From the human T2T-CHM13v2.0 reference genome, Homo sapiens, in the NCBI RefSeq assembly GCF_009914755.1, contig NC_060934.1: 64,000 nucleotides of DNA; one strand, 5' to 3'. Position numbers and translations under genes: made by a program. How positions within the stretch are numbered: the first letter of the stretch is position 1; every line of letters begins with the position of its first letter. The notes under the pieces are model-generated. The model did not search any database. It had not been told where the DNA came from and worked only from the letters and a program-made list of their open reading frames with translations. Below, piece by piece: positions 55,153 through 64,000 of the stretch.

Positions 55153-56764
55153 CTAATAAAACACAAACAAATGTTAAAAGTGTCATAACTCATGTGGGAG
55201 GAAACATAAAAATAGAAAAATTTTAACCAACATTGTAATACAAATTTCTAAAGCCCTACATTATTCAGAGGAGTGAAATTTAATCCAAGAAGTAGAAAAA
55301 AATCCAGTATTTCCCCAACATTCTTAAAGCATCATTACAATTTCAAACTTTGAAGGAAAACTTTTTAGTTATCAGAACTGAAGAATGAAATAGGAAGTTT
55401 CTAAACAACTTTAAACATAGCACTTTTATCCAGCAAGATATTTTGCAAAACTAATTTGTGTGAGAGATTTCCCATTATATTTACACACAGTCACTCACCT
55501 TAGGCCCTCTGATATAAAACTAGGGAGAATTAAGTAAATTTAGGTTGGAAAGATTATAGAATAAAAGAGTTAAAGCAATCTGTTTAAAAATGCCATAAGT
55601 GTTAGAAAACTCAGCTTTCAAACATTACCCTATCAATAAGAATAAATTCAGAATTGTGGGAAACATTTCTCTCGTTAATGTGATTTCTAAGTAGCTAGTC
55701 TTGAAAATTTAAATACTGAAACGAATCAAAACAACACAGATTTCTCCCATGCAGAGAAGAAAACATCACAGCTGAATGCTATAACTATTTTCTTCTTTGA
55801 AACATGTCCATTAGATGGGACTGCAACCAAAAGACGCTAAACTTCAAAGCCATCTGATGAGTAAATATTTCATCGGTGCTATTCAAGTTTAATTTTTACC
55901 CAGCACTTAAAGGTATTAGCCTTTAAAACCTTCACAAAGCATTAGTGTCCTAAGAACCTTTTTATTCCATGCACAAAACAACAACTGTAAAATATGTATG
56001 TTTTCATTATCTGTCCCTTGCCAGTAAAATAACTGGCATCCTTTGAAGATTTAAGAAATTTACTTTTAAAACTTTTGATTGTGTGACAAAAAGTCTGGAC
56101 ACTGGATATAATGTTGGTAAAGTATCTGTAATTACGTGTACAAATCCTACGCTCTAAGATGTACAGGGCACACATGTACAACCACCTCCAGAGAGTTTCC
56201 CATGTAACCAAGATTTCACTGGCTATGACTAAGATTTGAAGTACTAGCTTCCAGAAGTGATTGTTCGCCTTTTCTAACTAGAACTCCTGAGGATAAATTG
56301 AGTATTTCAGCAGAGCTGGGTTGCATGTAGAGAGAGTGAAACATGTTTTAAAAACCTACAAAGCACCAGTTAAAGGCCTGTGTGGCTGGCACATTTTCTT
56401 AACATCTTTATGGTATTCTGCATGGTCCTGGACTCAAGTCACTATACCAGCAAAGCATCAAGAGCCCACAAAGGAGTGGCTTAAAAGACAAAAACTAAAT
56501 CCAAAAAGCATTCTCACATAGTCCACCTTAGCCTAGAGTGCCGTGGTAGCAGCTGCTAACACATGTGGTTTCCATCCTCTCTGATTTTCGATCCAAGGTA
56601 GCCAACAGGGGGTCCAGTGGGATTAATCTCTCCTACCCCATTATCTCACAGCATGTTTTCTAATAGGTCAAGAAACACATTCTGCTACATCTCCCATCTG
56701 ACTGGGATATTCTAAAAAACAAAATGATATACACTCAGGCCCGACAGCATACAAGGTGCTTGCA

Positions 56765-56970
56765 AGCAGAGAAGTGGCTGGAGCCAGGTGGTGTGAATTC
56801 AAATCCTGTTTCTGCCCTGTGACCTTGAGCAAGTTACCTAACTTTGATTATGTCTTGGTTCCCTCATCTGTAAAATGGAGATGGCAACAGTATCTACCAC
56901 ATAAGACTCCTGTGAAGATTCAATGAGTTAACTACATGGAAAACACTTAGCACTGTGACTACCAGATAGA
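56765..56970 (+). mobile_element. MIR SINE
   Basis: 'ttcaaatcctg...tgtgaccttgagcaagttacctaac...cctcatctgtaaaatggagat'. Confidence 0.88.
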
Positions 56971-57011
56971 ACATTATTTCATAAATAAAATAATGAAATA
57001 ATTATTTCATA

Positions 57012-57250
57012 AACTTTTACATAGCACTTAATGTGTGCCAGATGCTATTCTAAGCACTTTACCAAAATTAACTCATTTAATCTTCATGATCCTTACGGTA
57101 GTCTTACGGCCCAGTATCTTCCACATCTTCATTTTAAAGGTAAGGAAACAAGTCACAGAGAGGTTAGGTAACTTGCGTGTGGTCATTCTGTTAGTAGCTG
57201 GTGGAGCTGTGTGGCTCTAGACTGCGTCCTCCTATGATACACAGCCCTAG
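57012..57250 (-). mobile_element. MIR SINE, tail-to-tail with the previous MIR
   Basis: 'tgtgccagatgctattctaagcacttt...aactcatttaatcttca...cacagagaggttaggtaacttg'. Confidence 0.85.
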
Positions 57251-59583
57251 CCCCATTCCCTGTATACAGATTTACTTAGTGAGCACTGGCTGCACTGCGG
57301 AAGCCCTGAACATATAGGCCACATAGATGAATCAGAGAATAACAATGTTGCATTTCAAGAAGGCACACGGTAGAGATGTACTTGTGGGAGGTGGGGGAGA
57401 GCACTCCGGATAATTAAATTTTTAGACCTCATAGAGAAATGAAATGTTCTATCACAGCAATTAGTCAAGGAATGCCTAATTCATGGAAAAAGCAGGATTT
57501 AAAATGACATGAAGGATATGTTTGGCAGGCTAGACAAGGAGGGCTCTGCAAACATATGGCGTGGCCTGGGGCTGTCAGACAGTAGTGTCGCTGCAGGACA
57601 CGGAGGAGACTGGCAGCGAGGCAGCAGGGTCGGCAGGAGCCCATAAAGGTTCTGATGACGCATTCCTCAGGCCCAATCCGTAGAGCAGGAGGTAAGCTTT
57701 GGACAATGTTAATCTTTTCTTGTAAATATTTAAACATTTTATATTTGGTGGCATAATCCATCTCATTGTATCCTTGAGATTGAACAGTATTATGACTATA
57801 CAAATTTCAGTATATGTCTCAGGAAAAAATCACTGAACTAAGAAACAGAAATATCGGTATTATACTTATTGCAATAAGGGTTTTCAAGGAACAACATTTA
57901 GGACAAAGATTTTATCAAAATCACAAAACTAACCATATGTAGTAGCCAATCACAGCTTATAAAACTAAAATGCAACTCAATGGCTGCTCAAAAATGCCTG
58001 AGAATTCCTAAGAATGCTGAAAATGTCGCAACTCTAAGGGGAAGGGTTTGCAGTGCGGCAAGCCCGGCTACTTCCCATTCTACCTGAGTGATCTGAGCCA
58101 CTCTCTCCAGCTCCCCACAGTGCAGATCTGAGTGAGAGGCTCTTGTACTGGGTATTGTCTGAAGTCTAAAGGCAGAACCCCTCCCTTGTGGTCTGCTTTA
58201 TATTCACACACTGACGTGTCAAACACTTGACGAACTCAGTCATTCATGGCTGCCTTTTTTGATCTGTCCTTAATGGGGAAAAAAGAGTTAACTGAACTGG
58301 ATTGAATTAGCTTGGTGAAAAATAAAATGTCTCTATTTATTGAAGTGTGGCACCAATTTGTGATATCTTTCTCTTTGGACTGCCGTCCTCATGTCAGACA
58401 AGATATCGAATAATCCGGTCTGACTGCTCAGCCGAGCTGCTGACAGGTTAAGGAAAATGGTGTTTTTAATCAGGTGCAAAATAAACCTAGATACACTCAC
58501 ATTTAAAAAGGAGTCTATGTAAAATGAAACTACAGAATTTAAACATTTTAAATTAGTATTTTAAAAGTTATTTTAAATAAAATGACTTACCTTAACATTC
58601 TGAAGTTTTTATGCAAAAGCATCAACAGTTTTACTTTGAGATATTTCCAAATATTAAAGAATTTTCCCCAGTAAACTGTAATTCTAAAATTTGAAATGTT
58701 TTCAAATATTTCTAGGAATCACTAGTATCTCTTCTACAATATCACTTGTTAATTTACCTCAAAGTTAAAATAAATAATAAGTAAAGAGATAAGAAATAAA
58801 TCAGTGAGGTCTTGAAACTGTCCTTTAATTTGTGCTATGGACTAACCTTCCATATATCGGCCAGAAAATAACTCAATCATTAGAGCAAAAAAACTGTTCA
58901 CCACAGTAATCACTACGGCATTTGGCAGAGATCAAAGTGGGTTTTTTTTGTTTTTTTGTTTTTGTTTGTTTCTCTTTCTTAAACATATATATTCTTTTGG
59001 AACAAGAATACCTAAGGAGGAGAAACTATTCAGAGTAAAAAGTGTACAGTGCTTGCAAAGATTAAAAAAAAAAACCCTACATAAGAACAAAGATCTATTA
59101 AAACTGGTTAAGAGTGCTTTTATAAGACAATGTAAACCATAAATTCCTGGTTCTAGGATTTTAAATCTTTCAATGAGAAGTCACATAACAACAAGCTCTT
59201 TGGAGGGCATTTAAAAATAAGTATTTTTAAGTATTTAGAGTATTATTACACCTTCCATAATATCTCTTTCCAAACCCCACTACTGCTGGAATTACAAAGC
59301 AAAGTCCATTTTGGCCTACACCTTGACTCATTTTGTATTTAAGAAGTGAATTCAAATTAAATGTGAAATCCAGGAGGTGTGCCACCTGGCTGGCAGGAGG
59401 GAAGAGGAGGAAGAGGGAAGGGGCAAGACAGGAGTAACTTTCTCAAACGCCAGTCAACTCCTTATTGTGTATGGCAAATAAGTATAACTTCAAATTATCA
59501 CAGAAGAACTGACATTAACTATTTTCCAAGGAGTGTGTCCTATTGATCTTAACCAAGTGGGCTCTAGAGACTTGGGGATTCAC

Positions 59584-60052
<469 letters not shown>

Positions 60053-60059
60053 TTAACCA

Positions 60060-60270
60060 TGGTAACTTTCTGAGCACTTTACATGTTAACTCACTTAATC
60101 CTTGTAACAATCCTATGACCTGAGTGCTCTATTTATCCTCATTTACAGATGAGGAAATGGGCACAGAGATGGTAAGGTGCAAGGTAACACAGTTAGTAAG
60201 TGGCCCAGTTAGGATGAAAGAAAGGCAGCCCCACTCCACAGTCCAAACTCTTTAGTCATAAACTCTGCTT
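60060..60270 (-). mobile_element. MIR SINE
   Basis: 'aactcacttaatccttgtaacaatcctatg...catttacagatgaggaaatg'. Confidence 0.85.
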
Positions 60271-60469
60271 CTTCCACAGAGCTGCTCTAAACTGTCAGTT
60301 CTACTGTGAGCTCACTGTTGGCTGGTTTCAATGAGTCCAGGGCAATTTCATGAGGCTTCTTCCAATCAGAAATGATTCAGAAAAGTCTTAGATTTAGTCT
60401 AAAAGAGACAGAATAATGGCTGAAATGCAACAGGTTTGGAAATAACTGTGCTCTTGATTTTCTGTTTGC

Positions 60470-60851
60470 CCCTCCTGCTCCACTCTGACCCTCACTGCAC
60501 CCCAGGATACTGACCTCTGGAGAGTGTATCACCTGGGCTTGCCCACTGGCTTATTATGTTCTGCCACCGGGAGGCACCTCCAAGAGGATGGAGCACTGAA
60601 AGCATAGGAGGCAGGGTATTTACTCCCCTTCCCCCAGCCCCATCCCAGCACCGCTCCCCTGCCTCCCTGCTGGGCTGCAGTAGCATCTCTACCTACAGCC
60701 ACAGCTGCAGCTAAGCATGCAATGCTGGTCCCTGGTGCTGTACTATTCCTTCTTGATGTCCTTAACCCTGCAGACACCTCCCCACTAAACTTCCCTCAAT
60801 TATTCGTTTTGAGTGTGTCATTTGTTTCCTATTAGGTTCTTAACTGATACA
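60470..60851 (+). mobile_element. LTR33-like ERVL LTR
   Basis: Ends 'taaacttccctcaattattcgttttgagtgtgtcatttgtttcct...actgataca'. Confidence 0.65.
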
Positions 60852-61479
60852 TGAATATAAAATAAATGCCATAAACCATTCACTTAATAATGTAAAATAA
60901 TTTAGGACAAAGGTTTGTTCTATTTCTCTATTAGAAAGAAAGAAAGAACCAAAGAAAAATAATTACTCATATGAATTACCTATACTTTCCTTTGCCCTTC
61001 AATTTCTGGCGTATGCTCCATAACTACTTATTTTAACTTTTTTTTTTCAAAATATGCATAGCCTCTTCTTACTTTGTAAATGATAATTCACTGCTAGCCT
61101 CCCCCAACCCACCCTGCCTACACATACACACACACACAAACTCCTGGCCTTCATTTAACAATATGCTTTTCCAATTCACAGAGCTGGAGTACTTGTGTTC
61201 AAAATTATTTTCCATTTAGGATTGCATTTTTAAAGATTCATTGCTCCTGCAGTATGTAAAATGGTGTAATTACTTCAAGTGACTTGGATTTGAATAATAC
61301 CACCTCATATTTACATTTTGCCTTACAATTTATAAGACATTTTCACAAACTGAATTTCTCTGAACATGTTTCCAAAGGAACAGTAATCAATAAAATCTTA
61401 TACCATAAAATCTCATACAATCAGAATCCCATCTGATCAATCTCACCTCTGACACTCCCTCTCTCCTAGAGACCTGCTG

Positions 61480-62870
61480 GTGCACTCCCACTATCATCCC
61501 AGTTGTCTCCTAATCCACCTGTATTTACTCACTAGGACTCGTCGACAGTCCATTATCTCTTGGACATTCTACCATTTTTATTTTGCCAATCTCTAAACCC
61601 TACCAAGTAGCCCTTGCTGACTTTGTTACCTTGACTCATTCATATTCTTTAATCTGAAACACAACTCCCACCACCAATACTCATTGCTTCTTTGACGAAG
61701 GTCACCAAAAAACTATTTTCACTAAAATCACCTCACTCTTTAACCTCTCAGCTCCATGTGATACCAAATGGGTGCTCCTTTTTGAAACTCACTCTTCCTG
61801 CTATCTGGTAGCCTAACTTTTGTCCTATATTTCCAATCACTCCTTTTCCTTGTTATCTTCCTCTTCACCCTTAGGTGGGAAACACTGGATATTTCTTAAG
61901 GTTGTTTTCAGGCCTTTTCCGCTCTACCTCGGAGATTTCATATTCTCTCACCACCAACTACCATCCCTATATGGATGGAGGAGTAGTAAATCTTTTCAAC
62001 TACCAATCTCTTTACCCTTTATAATGTCATGCTTACAAATGTCTGATCAAAATCTTAGATCGAATATCCTACCTGTCCCTGAAAGACCAATCATGTCTTT
62101 TAGAACAGTTCTGTCTGGTTTTCTTCCTACTCATACCACCAATCTCCTGCGCACCGAAGGTGAAGCCTCAGAGACACCCTTCACTCCAGTCTTCAGCTTA
62201 CATGCCTCACAAATAAACTGCCATGTTCTCACCATTCAGCCTCTGCCACAGAACTCTCATCGTTTCCTCCCTGCTCATTTTTACTGCTACCTTTCTGACC
62301 ATAAGACCAAACTGTCTTCTGCTGACACTACTGCAACAGCCTCTTCACAGTCTCTGCCCATCCCTCCTTGTCCAATCCAGCCTATGCATACTGAATATGG
62401 CGTTCTCAAGCTCAAGTCTAACCTCATTATTCGTCTGTCAAAAAACTTTTGACCTCTAACCTCCTCCTGAATAATGACAAAATTTCTTAGACTGGCTTTC
62501 AAAGTCCACTGGATTTTATCCAATTTACCTTTCCAGACTTATTGCCCATCCCCTAATGCCAAGGAACAATCTACTTCACTGCTCTAAATTTCAAATTAAG
62601 AAACAGAAATGCTACCATCTATTTCGTAGAATTAAAAGAGGGTTAAAAGAAATGAGTATGAAAATGGTTTGTTTGACAAAAGTGCTTTTCAAATATATGG
62701 TATAAAAGTTTGCTTCTGTGTATCTATCTTACCCCTGGATCCCCTCCCTTTCTACTGCAAGCCACTTAAAGGAAGGAACCATATCTCATTCCTCTTTTCA
62801 TTCTTAGCATCTGACACAGTGCCAGCATGAAAAATTCCTAACAAAAGTATGCTGAATACATTAATAACCA
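61480..62870 (+). mobile_element. L2 LINE (degenerate ORF2 3' part and 3' end), with a small MIR fragment at ~62570-62700
   Basis: 'aaggtcacca', 'ctttttgaaactc', 'tcctatatttccaatcactcctt', 'actggctttcaaagtcc', terminal 'gcatctgacacagtgcc'. Confidence 0.72.
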
Positions 62871-63863
62871 GTACTTAATAAAAATGTGTAAAAACCGGGG
62901 TGAGTTGACTGAGTACATCTATGTTAGGGCAATATAAGTTCCACCAACAAGATACCAAGTCCCCAAAGAGTGGAAGAAATAATCTTCCTGAATAAGAAAG
63001 ATTACTTATATCTATACCTGATGATACATTAGTGGAGTGTTTTTCAGTTCTTTTTAAGATACGAAGAATTATTCTCATATTTAAGTCAATAGGAATTAAA
63101 ACACATTTTCAAACTGGTGGACTGCCAACAGAATCAATTCAATTAGCCAGTTTATCGAGTATACCAACTAGGTCTACCAGGATAGGTATTTGACACAATA
63201 CAGATTAATTAGAGATTTTTCTGGTAAATCCTGAAAACGTTTATTCCACAGAGGTTACATGTTGAAGTTTTTGTTTTTTAATGTTCTTTAATAATGCTCT
63301 TTCCAAAGCTCTAAAAAAGTGAAGTGCCCAAAGAGATTCCACTAAAGAGATTTCATTGGAATCTTTAGCACATTCCAATTACGTTCATTATACATGCAAA
63401 TAAGCCTTAAGAGGCAAGACGAAACTCAATATTTTTTCTTTCTTTTTAGAAAAAAGCAAAAAACTCAGTACCAAATCAAATTAATGATATTACAGATGAA
63501 AAGACTACATTCTGTCTCCTGGGACTGGGCATGTACACCAAAACCTCGATGACAAAACAGAACCTAATACATAAATGTCTATGGGGATTAACAGTAATTT
63601 ACTTATTAATATTCTCATGGGGTATCTTTTATGAGCTCTCAGAGGCAAGACAATTAAAAATTGTGGTCAGTGACACCAAAGATCACGGACAGCAAATTCA
63701 GACCTAGCTGCTTTTCCATAATGAATAATAATGAATATGTTGTTGGTGAAAGTCCTAGAACTTGAGGATTTAAAGACATCAATGAAATTAAGGCTTGGTT
63801 TGACTATTATAATAGTCAATCAAGTCTAACTTACACATTTCTCCTGGTAAAGAACAGAAATAG

Positions 63864-64000
63864 GGGCTCACGCCTGTAATTTCAGCACTCTGGGAGGAGG
63901 CAGGCGGATCACTTGAGGTCAGGAGTTCAAGACCAGCCTGGCCAACATGGTGAAACCCTGTCTCTACTAAAAAATACAAAACTTAGCCGGATGTGGTGGC
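63864..64000 (+). mobile_element. AluS, cut by the window end
   Basis: 'ggctcacgcctgtaat...ggatcacttgaggtcaggagttcaagaccagcctggccaacatggtgaaaccc'. Confidence 0.93.

Noticed and set aside
58495-58510. Another minus-strand GTGAGT donor
   Set aside because: Weak exonic context (AAT|GT) and no convincing paired acceptor.
61820-62452. Longest ORF in the track (210 aa, plus strand)
   Set aside because: Lies in a decayed L2, starts at TTG, has no recognisable domain and is antisense within the RAB11FIP2 intron. The pyrimidine-rich strand is stop-poor by composition.

Overview
Primate (human-like) genomic DNA. The last two coding exons translate to the C-terminus of RAB11FIP2 on the minus strand. 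One is a 46-nt exon at 55107-55152 (FHMSPTSNEDLRKIP). The other is the terminal exon CDS at 49040-49267 (DSNPF...RELEDYIDNLLVRVMEETPSIL...KFSNS*), followed by a ~4.1 kb 3'UTR ending near 44955. In human this locus is 10q26.11, so positions 1-~44900 should be the gene-poor interval on the EMX2 side of RAB11FIP2 (from recalled gene order, not visible in the sequence). That part is mostly repeats: Alu, L1M, L2, MIR, THE1A, MLT1/MLT2 solo LTRs, MER53, MER5A and microsatellites, with a few repeat-free enhancer-like blocks. I can support none of the supplied ORFs as a gene; most are repeat-derived or chance, and the track misses the real RAB11FIP2 exons. I see no evidence of a novel multi-gene system. 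The best leads are: a frame-preserving 21-nt candidate microexon of RAB11FIP2 (55499-55519); a second stop-free in-frame cryptic exon (58591-58683); a 3'UTR hairpin that buries a Pumilio element beside let-7 and miR-142 seed sites; a perfect 22-bp-stem hairpin (30369-30418); and a CpG-enriched antisense exon/promoter-like patch (~57530-57700). Repeat subfamily calls come from remembered consensus sequences and need RepeatMasker/Dfam confirmation; boundaries without a TSD are approximate.
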